Source: an uncultured Opitutales bacterium | GTDB lineage: Bacteria > Verrucomicrobiota > Verrucomicrobiia > Opitutales > UBA9783 | Assembly: GCA_964582055.1 (NCBI GenBank) | Contig: CAZOPT010000001.1 | Span: forward strand, 1-56,037 | Length of the DNA: 56,037 nucleotides | Direction of reading: 5' to 3' | In this document: one piece after another, positions 42,057 through 50,512 of the stretch | Numbering within the stretch: position 1 is the stretch's first letter | Layout of the letters: each line of letters opens with the position of its first letter | The notes under the pieces: generated by a model | Seen by the model: only the letters and a program-made list of their open reading frames with translations | Told to the model about the DNA's origin: nothing | Database searches by the model: none | Made by a program: the position numbers and the translations under genes

Positions 42057-42890
42057 ATGCATTATGCGGATGTTTTAACTTTTATTCAGGAACAATGGGG
42101 ATGCCATGATTTTTATTGTTCGGTAGATTTTTCATTAAAAGCATGGCGTGAGGTAGCGGATCAAGTTCTTCGAGATAAACTTGAAGGCAAAGAAGGTCCG
42201 TTTCCTTTTTGTGTACGATTGGTGGGACAATCAGGCTCCGGTAAAACTTCGCAATTATTGCCTGCGGTATGTCACGCATTGGATGCTTGTGAGGTGCCTT
42301 ATGTTCGATTAGCCGTTCGAGATTTTGTAAAATATCATCCTAATTTGGAGAAAATTCGAAAAACGTATGGTGAAGCTTTATTGCGCGAAAAAACAAATGC
42401 ATTTGCGTTAACGCTTTTGACTTTTGTTTTTGAAAAATTGGTGCAGTTACGTTTGCCTATTTTATTTGAAGTTACTTTGCTTTCGCCTATTTATGAAGCA
42501 TTTATTCATCATTGTTTGCAAGCTTACGATTATTTATGCGATTATCAATGTTTAGCGGTTTCAAAAACACTTTCGGATCGGTGGATTTCGGACCGTTGTG
42601 AATCGACCGGTCGGGTGGTTTTAGAAAAATCTTCGCAGTTCTTTTTTGAAACTTTGAAGCCAGCTTTGGAATCCTTGCAATCGTTTCAATTACGTAATCG
42701 AGTTTTACTTTGGGATTGTGAAAATGCTGTACCATTAGAGACTTCATTACATGCGAAATCGTTGTGGGAGGCTTGGGAGAACTGTTTTAAATTATCTGCA
42801 TCTTTATCTCCAGAAGTTTTATTGAAATATAAAATGACTTTTTTGTTGGATTTTTATAAAAAGACAGATTTTGAAAAATTGAAAATTTAG
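42057..42890 (+). CDS. zeta-toxin-like P-loop kinase family protein
   Basis: Walker A LVGQSGSGKTS, then AVRDFVKYHPN, EVT and AVSKTLSDRWISDR, laid out like remembered zeta/PezT GGQPGSGKTS...IDNDTFKQQHPN...EGT...AVPK....R; ATG 42057 has an AAAGG SD (ORF-track TTG at 42039). Confidence 0.55.
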   Translation: MHYADVLTFIQEQWGCHDFYCSVDFSLKAWREVADQVLRDKLEGKEGPFPFCVRLVGQSGSGKTSQLLPAVCHALDACEVPYVRLAVRDFVKYHPNLEKIRKTYGEALLREKTNAFALTLLTFVFEKLVQLRLPILFEVTLLSPIYEAFIHHCLQAYDYLCDYQCLAVSKTLSDRWISDRCESTGRVVLEKSSQFFFETLKPALESLQSFQLRNRVLLWDCENAVPLETSLHAKSLWEAWENCFKLSASLSPEVLLKYKMTFLLDFYKKTDFEKLKI

Positions 42891-42892
42891 AA

Positions 42893-42920
42893 TTGACAAA
42901 AAGGATTGAAGTTTTGATTA
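42893..42920 (+). promoter_or_regulatory. putative promoter of tRNA-Asn
   Basis: TTGACA (42893-42898), 16-nt spacer, GATTAT (42915-42920), 11 nt before the tRNA. Confidence 0.4.
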
Positions 42921-42931
42921 TTTAATTAGAG

Positions 42932-43007
<76 letters not shown>

Positions 43008-43015
43008 TTTTGCTT

Positions 43016-43378
43016 ATGCGGAAGTTATCGGATCGTTTTTTGAAAATCGTAAGCGAATTGAAACGTCAACATCCAGAATATTCTCCTAATGTATATAGTT
43101 TTGTTTATTTAGCACTTGATGCAGCTTGTCAAGGTTTAGGATTGGAAGCGGGTCAACACGTAACTGGTGAGCAGTTGCTAAAAGATGGTGTTGTTAAGTT
43201 GGCGCGTCAGCAATGGGGTGATTTGGCTGTTGAAGTTTTGAAGTATTGGGGAATTCATTCTTGTCATGATCTGGCGATTATTGTAGAGCGTTTGGTTGCT
43301 TTTAATGTGTTTAAAAAGAATGGTTCTGAATCGTTTAAAGGGTTCGATCAGATGGCACTTGAGGAGCTTTTTGCTTAA
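43016..43378 (+). CDS. hypothetical protein (resembles the small Planctomycetes/Verrucomicrobia-restricted Minf_1886-type family, from memory)
   Basis: 120 aa; Y.F...AL......HV.G..LL.G....A...WG.L....L..WGI....D.G.IV..LV pattern; ATG 43016 (TTG 43010 alternative). Confidence 0.5.
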   Translation: MRKLSDRFLKIVSELKRQHPEYSPNVYSFVYLALDAACQGLGLEAGQHVTGEQLLKDGVVKLARQQWGDLAVEVLKYWGIHSCHDLAIIVERLVAFNVFKKNGSESFKGFDQMALEELFA

Positions 43379-43415
43379 TGTGTTTCTTGGAGTGTTAATT
43401 TTGTGAGGATTGCGC

Positions 43416-43445
43416 TTGACTTTTTTGTGTTAGGTTTTGCATAAT
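43416..43445 (+). promoter_or_regulatory. putative promoter of the tRNA(CAT)-tRNA-Arg pair
   Basis: TTGACT (43416-43421), 18-nt spacer ending in TG, CATAAT (43440-43445), 15 nt before the tRNA. Confidence 0.45.
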
Positions 43446-43460
43446 AATTCCGTTATTTTA

Positions 43461-43535
<75 letters not shown>

Positions 43536-43541
43536 ATTTTT

Positions 43542-43617
43542 GGGGAAGTAGCTCAGTGGATAGAGCAGCGGTCTTCTAAACCGAAGGTCATGGGTTCGAC
43601 TCCCGTTTTCCCCGCCA
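43542..43617 (+). tRNA. tRNA-Arg (anticodon TCT)
   Basis: Acceptor GGGGAAG/TTTCCCC, anticodon loop CTTCTAA, T-loop GGTTCGACTCC, encoded CCA; 6 nt after the previous tRNA. Confidence 0.85.
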
Positions 43618-43653
43618 TTTCATATTAAGTTGTTTTTATGTTGATTAGATCAA

Positions 43654-44433
43654 ATGGCTTGCAATTTGTTGCACCTGATTTATACTAAAATTATGATTTG
43701 GAAAAAAGTACCTCTTTTAAGGGATCCCGGACTTTTGTTTGCGTTGGCGAATGCTTTATTGTTTTTGAATAAAAGTTTTGTGTCTTTTGTAATTGTTATT
43801 TTAGCCCTTGTTTTTATTGTTTTTTCTAAAGTTTATAGTAAAACTTTGGCAAAGCCGCATCATTTTTTCTTAAGACTTGTTTATGAAATGGGAAAAAAAC
43901 CATTTATGGGCCTAGAAGTTATTGGGTATGCATGTTTTTGTGTGGCTTTTGTGGCAATGACTCAACAAGATTTTATTAGTTTTATTTGTGCGTTTTGCTT
44001 TGGGTTTGCAAATGTTTTGTTGGCTATGCGATTTAGTCCAAACGTTTTTGAATCGCAAGAAAATTGGACGAAGATTTTTAAAAAGGTAAGGGAAACGTAC
44101 TCATTGACGCCTTTATTTTTAGCTTTGTTGCTGGAGCCTATTTTTTTAATTTGTTTAGGTTTTGTTCATGCGGGGCTGGCTGCTGGCGATGAAAGCTTAT
44201 GGATTTTTCCGCTTATTTGCTGGGTTATTTATTGGGTGTTTTGCAAAATGGATGCAAATCGAGTTGTCCCGCAAGGGTGCTTGTGTGTTTGTGCACTATG
44301 GTATACTTTGATTGCAGGCCATCATGGAAAATGGATTTTAGCCCTTTCAAATTTACTGTGTACTTTTGCTTATTTGGAAATTGCATTGCAAGAACAACGC
44401 GTTTTTTTAGCTAAATTGGCAGGAAAACGTTGA
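43654..44433 (+). CDS. polytopic integral membrane protein, unknown function
   Basis: 259 aa with about 7 hydrophobic segments, Cys/Phe-rich; no motif recognised; alternative ATG at 43693. Confidence 0.6.
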   Translation: MACNLLHLIYTKIMIWKKVPLLRDPGLLFALANALLFLNKSFVSFVIVILALVFIVFSKVYSKTLAKPHHFFLRLVYEMGKKPFMGLEVIGYACFCVAFVAMTQQDFISFICAFCFGFANVLLAMRFSPNVFESQENWTKIFKKVRETYSLTPLFLALLLEPIFLICLGFVHAGLAAGDESLWIFPLICWVIYWVFCKMDANRVVPQGCLCVCALWYTLIAGHHGKWILALSNLLCTFAYLEIALQEQRVFLAKLAGKR

Positions 44434-44459
44434 CAGGCCTCTCGAATGTTTGTCTGCTT

Positions 44460-44489
44460 TTGTAAATTTTGCCAATAAGCCTGCATATT
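44460..44489 (+). promoter_or_regulatory. weak candidate promoter for the small-peptide transcript
   Basis: TTGTAA (44460-44465), 18-nt spacer, CATATT (44484-44489). Confidence 0.25.
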
Positions 44490-44551
44490 TTTCGGATAAA
44501 GATAAAGAATGACAGAAAGTTATTGTTTTAACCGAAAATGTAGAAGAACTT

Positions 44552-44695
44552 ATGAATTTTGCAGGCCAAAAGTTCAACGAATATAATGTTAACCCATGTG
44601 TTGATCCTTATAATTGTGGTGGAGATTACGGCTGGGATGGCTATGATTGTGCCAATTTTTATGCAAGATATTCTTATGGCTGCTTTATTTACTAA
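44552..44695 (+). CDS. candidate 47-aa Cys/Tyr/Gly-rich small peptide
   Basis: Hand-translated ORF not in the track: MNFAGQKFNEYNVNPCVDPYNCGGDYGWDGYDCANFYARYSYGCFIY; only ATG after an in-frame stop at 44510; terminator-like hairpin 28 nt downstream; weak SD. Confidence 0.4.
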   Translation: MNFAGQKFNEYNVNPCVDPYNCGGDYGWDGYDCANFYARYSYGCFIY

Positions 44696-44722
44696 TTAGT
44701 TAAAAGTAATACTTGAAGAGGT

Positions 44723-44743
44723 CTTCCTTTTGGAAGTTTTTTT
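44723..44743 (+). terminator. rho-independent terminator-like hairpin after the small ORF
   Basis: CTTCC-TTTT-GGAAG followed by TTTTTTT; the stem is only 5 bp. Confidence 0.4.
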
Positions 44744-44790
44744 GTTTTGCAGGATGTTGGGGGAAGTTCTACTTTTTATTAATAAAACAA

Positions 44791-44818
44791 TTGACATATG
44801 GAGGTGGTAGGCTAATCT
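44791..44818 (+). promoter_or_regulatory. putative promoter of tRNA-Pro (and possibly oleA-oleB)
   Basis: TTGACA (44791-44796), 16-nt spacer, TAATCT (44813-44818), 13 nt before the tRNA. Confidence 0.45.
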
Positions 44819-44831
44819 TGTTAATATTATT

Positions 44832-44909
44832 CGGGACGTAACTCAGTCTGGCTAGAGTGCATGCTTTGGGAGCATGAGGTCGTAGGTTCAAATCCTATCG
44901 TCCCGACCA
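44832..44909 (+). tRNA. tRNA-Pro (anticodon TGG)
   Basis: Acceptor CGGGACG/CGTCCCG, anticodon stem CATGC/GCATG with loop TTTGGGA, T-loop GGTTCAAATCC, encoded CCA. Confidence 0.88.
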
Positions 44910-44927
44910 ATTTAGATTCGACATTTC

Positions 44928-45968
44928 ATGCAGTTTAAAAATGTAGTCATTGATACTATGGCTTGTGCATTGCCGGAAGATAAATGGTCTTCGGCACGTA
45001 TTGAATCTGAATTAGCTCCTTTATATGCTAGAATTTCCTTACCGTTGGGGCGTTTGGAAATGATGACGGGTATTCAAGAACGGCGGCATTGGGCTGCAGA
45101 TTTTTTGCCATCTGAAGCGGCAATAAAGGCAGGTAAAGCACTTTTTGAGAAGACTCAATGCCCACGAGAAGAGATTGATGTGTTGATGCATGCTTCGGTT
45201 TGTCGCAATCGTTTGGAGCCTGCAACGGCAGCATATGTGCATCAAGGATTAAATTTGTCTGCAACCACACAGATTTTTGATGTGTCCAATGCTTGTTTAG
45301 GGGTTTTAAATGCGATGATGATAGGAGCTTCAATGATTGAAGCGGGTACTGCACGATCGGTTTTAATTGTTTCGGGTGAAAATGGGAAACCCTTACTTGA
45401 TCATACGATTCATCAATTAAACCAAGATACTTCGATCAATCGTCGAACGCTGAAGCCTTATTTTGCGAATTTAACGATAGGTTCAGGGGCAGTAGCGATT
45501 TTATTGCGTCATAGTAAGTGTGTTACAGCGCCTAAACCTTTGTTGTTGGGCGGTATTGCTCGAACGGATTCCAGTGCGAATTGCTTATGTGAGGGTGATG
45601 CAGTGACGAGTGGCTTGGCTATGCGGACAGATGCAACAGCACTTTTAGAAGCGGGTATCAATTTATCAAAAGAGGGGTGGAATCAGTTTAAGGCTATTAT
45701 GCATTGGAATGAGGATACACCTAAGCATATTGTTACACATCAAGTGAGCTTGCAGCATAAAAAGCGGATTTATGAAGCTTTAAATTTGGATATGATGAAG
45801 GATTTTTCAACCTTTCCTTTTTTAGGCAATACGGGTTCGGTTGCTTTGCCGATTTCCTTGTGTTTAGCTGAGAAAGCGAATCGCCTACAAGCAGGTGATG
45901 AGGTTTTGCTTTTGGGAATTGGTAGCGGATTAAGTACACTGATGTTGGGTGTTTTGTGGCAAAAATAG
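44928..45968 (+). CDS. oleA: OleA-like thiolase-fold condensing enzyme (FabH/KAS III superfamily)
   Basis: 346 aa; FDVSNACLG (Cys nucleophile), RLEPATAA, THQVSLQH (His), GNTGSVALP (Asn), LLGIGSGLS; resembles remembered Xanthomonas OleA blocks (FDVANACL, LEPST, HQVS, LLGIGSGL). Confidence 0.65.
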   Translation: MQFKNVVIDTMACALPEDKWSSARIESELAPLYARISLPLGRLEMMTGIQERRHWAADFLPSEAAIKAGKALFEKTQCPREEIDVLMHASVCRNRLEPATAAYVHQGLNLSATTQIFDVSNACLGVLNAMMIGASMIEAGTARSVLIVSGENGKPLLDHTIHQLNQDTSINRRTLKPYFANLTIGSGAVAILLRHSKCVTAPKPLLLGGIARTDSSANCLCEGDAVTSGLAMRTDATALLEAGINLSKEGWNQFKAIMHWNEDTPKHIVTHQVSLQHKKRIYEALNLDMMKDFSTFPFLGNTGSVALPISLCLAEKANRLQAGDEVLLLGIGSGLSTLMLGVLWQK

Positions 45969-45978
45969 AAAGGTTTAC

Positions 45979-46869
45979 ATGAAAGCTATAAAGTCTATTT
46001 ATCCATTTAAATCACATTATTGGGAGCTCCATGGTCGTAAAAAATGTCGTATGCATTATTTAGATGAAGGGCAAGGTGAGCCGGTTGTTATGCTGCATGG
46101 AAATCCAACTTGGTCGTTTTTTTATCGCAATTTGGTACAGTTTTTAAAGCCGATGTATCGGTGTTTGGTGCCTGATCATATTGGTTGTGGACTTTCCGAT
46201 AAGCCGCAAGATTATCCGTATTGCTTGCAGGAGCGAGTGAATACCATTTTAGATTGGTTGACAGATCTCAATATTGGCCATTTTCACCTTGTTGTACATG
46301 ATTGGGGAGGGGCCATTGGTATGGGGGTTGCGACGCATTGGCCTGCAAGCGTACAAACTTTAACGATTTTGAATTCTGCAGCTTTTTTGTCGGATAAAAT
46401 TCCTTTTCGTATTGAGTTGTGTCGAGTACCCTGGTTAGGTTCTTGGGCCATTCGACATTTGAATTTGTTTGCGCGAGCTGCGACTTGGATGGCTTCAACG
46501 CAGGGTTTGTCGGAGCAAGTCAAACAAGGTTATTTATATCCTTATAAAAATGCGCAATCGCGTGTTGCTATTGATGGGTTTGTAAAAGATATTCCAATGT
46601 CACCTGAACATCCGTCTTATGGGTTTTTGAAGCAAATTCAAGACAGCTTGTGGTTATTAGAACAAAAACCGTGTTTGTTAGCTTGGGGAATGCGAGATTT
46701 TTGTTTTACACCAGAGTTTTTATCGATGTGGCGCAATTATTTCCCTGGCGCTAAAGTTGTTTGTTTTGAAAATGCTGGCCACTATATTTTGGAAGATGCA
46801 ACGGAGGAAGTTAATTTAAATATTCGTCAATTTTTATTAAAAAATCCGCTTACTGTTTCTAAACTTTAA
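45979..46869 (+). CDS. oleB: OleB-like alpha/beta hydrolase (haloalkane-dehalogenase-like)
   Basis: 296 aa from ATG 45979 (GAAAGG SD); MLHGNPTWSFFYR, VPDHIGCGLSDKP, VVHDWGG (Asp nucleophile), AGHYILED; the ORF-track start 45949 overlaps oleA. Confidence 0.65.
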   Translation: MKAIKSIYPFKSHYWELHGRKKCRMHYLDEGQGEPVVMLHGNPTWSFFYRNLVQFLKPMYRCLVPDHIGCGLSDKPQDYPYCLQERVNTILDWLTDLNIGHFHLVVHDWGGAIGMGVATHWPASVQTLTILNSAAFLSDKIPFRIELCRVPWLGSWAIRHLNLFARAATWMASTQGLSEQVKQGYLYPYKNAQSRVAIDGFVKDIPMSPEHPSYGFLKQIQDSLWLLEQKPCLLAWGMRDFCFTPEFLSMWRNYFPGAKVVCFENAGHYILEDATEEVNLNIRQFLLKNPLTVSKL

Positions 46870-46875
46870 GGAATG

Positions 46876-46904
46876 ATAGGCCTATTTTTCCTTTTTAGGC
46901 TTAT
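46876..46904 (+). terminator. weak hairpin after oleB
   Basis: ATAGGCCT / AGGCTTAT 8-bp stem (one G-U) with 13-nt loop; T-rich downstream. Confidence 0.25.
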
Positions 46905-46985
46905 TCTATTGTTTTTATAAAAAATAAGCTTGTGATTCATATAGAAATGTATTTACTTTGCGGAAGATTAGTATTGTAAGTAAAG

Positions 46986-49778
46986 ATGGTAGAAGTAGTA
47001 AAATTAAAGGATACATTGAATTTACCGCAGACGAAATTTCCAATGCAAGCGCAATTGGTAAAGCGGGAAGCAGAACGCTTAGCACATTGGGATGAAACGC
47101 ATCTTTATGAACAAATACAGCAGAAGAATGCCGATAAACCGCGTTTTATGCTGCATGATGGGCCTCCCTTTACCAATGGTGATGTGCATATCGGTACAGC
47201 ACTTAATAAGATTTTAAAAGATATTATTTTGCGCTATAAAAGCATGCAAGGCTTTTCGACACCTTACATTCCAGGTTGGGATTGTCATGGTTTGCCTATT
47301 GAGCACAAAGTTTCCAAAGAACAGCCAGAATTATTGAAGGATACAGTTGCTTTACGTAAAACTTGTGATCAATTTTCTGAAGATTTTATTAAAAAACAGG
47401 AAAAGCAGTTTCGTCGTTTGGGTATTTTAGCGGATTGGAAAGGGGCTTATAAAACGAAAAATCCGGAATATGAAATGCATGTTTTAAAAACGTTTGCTAA
47501 GTTTGTACGAGCCGGTTATGTCTATCGTAGTAAAAAGCCTGTTTATTGGTCCATTCCTTGTAAAACGGCATTAGCAGAGGCAGAAATTGAATATAAAGAT
47601 CATGTCAGTACAACGGTTTGGGTAAAGTTTTTACTCGAAAATCCAGGAGCTTTAGGCTTAGCAGAAAAGACTTCTGTGATCATTTGGACAACAACGCCGT
47701 GGACTTTGCCAGCCAATCGTGCTGTTGCTCTTGCGCCTAATTTGGCTTATGTTGAGGTGAAAGTAGGCGAAGAAGCTTATATTGTAGCGGAAGGATTATT
47801 GGATAATTTTGTAAAAGATTGCTCTATACCGTCTTATCAAGTAGGTAAAACGTTTTTAGGAAAAGATCTTGAGGGTGTTTTAACGCGACATCCATTTATT
47901 GATTTGAAAAGTCCAATTGTTTTGGCGGATTATGTAACCTTAGATGCAGGAACAGGTTGTGTTCATACAGCTCCAGGTCATGGTATCGATGATTATAATA
48001 CGGGGTTACGTTATAAGCTGGAAATTGCTTGTCCTGTCGATGATAATGGGGTTTTTATGGCAGAAAGCGGAATGCCCGAATCTTTGGTCGGTAAGGCTGT
48101 TTGGAGGCCTAAAGGTGATTCTCCTGCTAATGAGGCTGTGATAGAGCTTTTAAAGGAAAAGAATTCTTTGGTTCATGTAGCACCTTATACCCATTCTTAT
48201 CCGCATTGTTGGCGTTCAAAAGCTCCGGTTATTGCACGTGCTTTGCCACAATGGTTTATTCACTTGGATGCTTTGAAAGAAAAAGCTGAGCATGCAATTG
48301 ATCAAGTGGAATGGTTGCCTGGATGGGGAAAAAATCGCATTTCAGGATCGGTTGCTGCCCGTCCAGATTGGTGCATTAGTCGTCAGCGAACTTGGGGAAT
48401 TCCTCTTCCAGCCTTTTTTGATGAAGAGGGAAATGCCTTATTAGATGCTTCCGTTATTGAGGCTTTAGCGGATAAAATAGCCACTCGTGGTACGCAATGG
48501 TGGTTTGAGTCTGATGAAGCAACGTTGTTGGAAGGGATTAGTTTGCCAGAAACTTTTGCAGGTAAAAAACTTCGGAAAAGTCAGGATACGTTGGATGTTT
48601 GGATCGATTCTGGTTGTAGTCATGTTGCTGTTTTAGAAGCAAAAGGATGGGAACCGGCCGATCTTTATTTAGAAGGCAGTGATCAGCATCGTGGTTGGTT
48701 CCAGTCTTCTCTATTAACGACTTTGATTGATAAGGATCGTGCGCCTTATAAAACGGTTTTAACGCATGGATTTTTCGTGGATGAAAATCGACGTAAGATT
48801 TCGAAGAGTGCTGGAAGTCCACAAACAGCCGATGCTTATACTTCTAAGTATGGTGCAGATATTCTGCGTTTATGGGTTGCTTCTGAAGATTATCGGAATG
48901 ATATTCCAGTTTCTGAAAACATTTTAAATCATGTGATTGCGACCTATCGAACCTTGAGGAATACATTGCGCTTTCAATTGGGCAATTTGTTTGATTTTGA
49001 TGCTGAGAAGGACGCTGTTGCTTGTGAGCAATTAATGCCATTAGACCGTTGGGCTTTATTGGAAACCAATGCATTGATCAAGGAAGTTACAGAGGCTTAT
49101 GAAGGATATGATTTTCATAAAGTTTACCAATCTATTAATCGGTTTTGTACGCTTGTTTTATCGGCACGTTATCATGATATTTTAAAGGATCGTTTGTATA
49201 CCTTGCGAGCGGATGGTTTTGAGCGACGTTCTGCACAAACGGTTTTATTTGAAATTTGTCGTGTACTTTTGCGTTTGGTGGCTCCCATTCTTACGTTTAC
49301 GGCTGATGAAGCGTGGGGATATTTATGTGGTAATTCGGATTTTGGCTATATTCATGCTATCCATTTAGAAGATTTTCCAATTGTTCAAGAGTGTTGGAAT
49401 GATGCAGATCTAAAGTTAGATTTCGAAGAGCTTTTTAAAATTCGAGAACAGGTACAAGCAGAACTCGAAAAGGCACGACAAGAAAAATTAATCGGTCAAT
49501 CCTTAGATGCACAAGTGTTGTTACATTTTGATGGAAGCCATTCATGGGCTGATCTTTTGAAAAAATATGAAACGTTTTTACCGGAATTCTTCATTGTTTC
49601 TGCAGTTCATTTCGTAACGCATTCAGACAAAGATTTTTTTATTAGTGTCAAACATGCCGATGGTGTGCGTTGTCCTAGAACTTGGCGTTGGGTGAATAAA
49701 TTGGTGGAAGTTGAAGGTTTTGGTGAGGTTTCTGAACGTTGCGCAGAAGTCTTGCAATTTTGGAAGTCTAACTTATAA
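46986..49778 (+). CDS. ileS: isoleucine--tRNA ligase
   Basis: 930 aa; class I HIGH region PFTNGDVHIGTALNK, KMSKS variant KISKS, editing-domain-sized insertion. Confidence 0.97.
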   Translation: MVEVVKLKDTLNLPQTKFPMQAQLVKREAERLAHWDETHLYEQIQQKNADKPRFMLHDGPPFTNGDVHIGTALNKILKDIILRYKSMQGFSTPYIPGWDCHGLPIEHKVSKEQPELLKDTVALRKTCDQFSEDFIKKQEKQFRRLGILADWKGAYKTKNPEYEMHVLKTFAKFVRAGYVYRSKKPVYWSIPCKTALAEAEIEYKDHVSTTVWVKFLLENPGALGLAEKTSVIIWTTTPWTLPANRAVALAPNLAYVEVKVGEEAYIVAEGLLDNFVKDCSIPSYQVGKTFLGKDLEGVLTRHPFIDLKSPIVLADYVTLDAGTGCVHTAPGHGIDDYNTGLRYKLEIACPVDDNGVFMAESGMPESLVGKAVWRPKGDSPANEAVIELLKEKNSLVHVAPYTHSYPHCWRSKAPVIARALPQWFIHLDALKEKAEHAIDQVEWLPGWGKNRISGSVAARPDWCISRQRTWGIPLPAFFDEEGNALLDASVIEALADKIATRGTQWWFESDEATLLEGISLPETFAGKKLRKSQDTLDVWIDSGCSHVAVLEAKGWEPADLYLEGSDQHRGWFQSSLLTTLIDKDRAPYKTVLTHGFFVDENRRKISKSAGSPQTADAYTSKYGADILRLWVASEDYRNDIPVSENILNHVIATYRTLRNTLRFQLGNLFDFDAEKDAVACEQLMPLDRWALLETNALIKEVTEAYEGYDFHKVYQSINRFCTLVLSARYHDILKDRLYTLRADGFERRSAQTVLFEICRVLLRLVAPILTFTADEAWGYLCGNSDFGYIHAIHLEDFPIVQECWNDADLKLDFEELFKIREQVQAELEKARQEKLIGQSLDAQVLLHFDGSHSWADLLKKYETFLPEFFIVSAVHFVTHSDKDFFISVKHADGVRCPRTWRWVNKLVEVEGFGEVSERCAEVLQFWKSNL

Positions 49779-49801
49779 TTGGTTACAAGTTGATAAAATT
49801 C

Positions 49802-50512
49802 ATGAAAGCGGATGTTAGTAGTATTTTAAAAGCAGTTTACCGTCGTAAGCAGGCAAGTAGTAAAGTGGCTAGTTTGCGCGAAGACCACTTTTCCATGCAG
49901 GACGTTGATAATTTTTTAAAAGAAAAAAGTAAAGAAGAAGTTGTTTGTAAGTCCCAGAAGGCGGAGGTGATTTCTCAACACAAGCCGCAAAACACAGTTC
50001 AAAAGCGTGTGTTTAAGGCAGCATCTTTAAGTGATATTTTCGGTTTTAATCCTAAGGCTTCTACAGAACCTGTTCCTGAAAAAGAACAGCGAAAAGTTCC
50101 TGCTCAATGGAAGTCTTTTTATGACAAACTGATTCGATTACGAACACGGTTACGTGGAGGTGTATTAGATGATCAAGAGCATGAAGATGAATCTTTATCT
50201 TTGGATTTAATTTCCGATCCTAAGGAAACTTTGAAAGAAATTGATGCAGCTATAGAGCGAATTTTTGCTGGAAATTATGGTATTTGTGAGATTACTGGAA
50301 AACCTATTTTAGCACAACGTTTAGAATCTATACCATATGTTCGTTATTCTCTAGAAGGCCAAAAACAAATGGAAGAAGCTGCACGTGCACGGCGTTTAGC
50401 CCAATTAGCAAATAGTTCGGTGCGTATTTCGAGTGATGAGGAAAATGAAACTTCCAAACGTCCTTTTTATGAAGCAGAAGATGCTCAAGAATTGAGTGAG
50501 GAGATGGAATGA
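49802..50512 (+). CDS. DksA/TraR-like protein with degenerate zinc finger and long N-terminal extension
   Basis: C-terminal AIERIFAGNYGICEITGKPILAQRLESIPYVRYSLEGQ resembles the DksA finger region but keeps only one Cys; ATG 49802 (TTG 49790 alternative); stop overlaps the lspA start. Confidence 0.55.
   Translation: MKADVSSILKAVYRRKQASSKVASLREDHFSMQDVDNFLKEKSKEEVVCKSQKAEVISQHKPQNTVQKRVFKAASLSDIFGFNPKASTEPVPEKEQRKVPAQWKSFYDKLIRLRTRLRGGVLDDQEHEDESLSLDLISDPKETLKEIDAAIERIFAGNYGICEITGKPILAQRLESIPYVRYSLEGQKQMEEAARARRLAQLANSSVRISSDEENETSKRPFYEAEDAQELSEEME

Noticed and set aside
43363-43390. TGGCAC ... TTGC resembling a sigma-54 -24/-12 promoter (searched because rpoN is present)
   Set aside because: The GG-to-GC spacing is about 16 nt rather than about 10. 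Other TGGCAC occurrences lie inside conserved CDSs or at a tRNA 3' end, without a TTGC at the right distance.
44509-44586. 25-aa basic Cys-containing ORF MTESYCFNRKCRRTYEFCRPKVQRI
   Set aside because: It is very short and overlaps the start of the better-supported 47-aa ORF in another frame. There is no independent signal, so it is kept only as an alternative reading of the same transcript.
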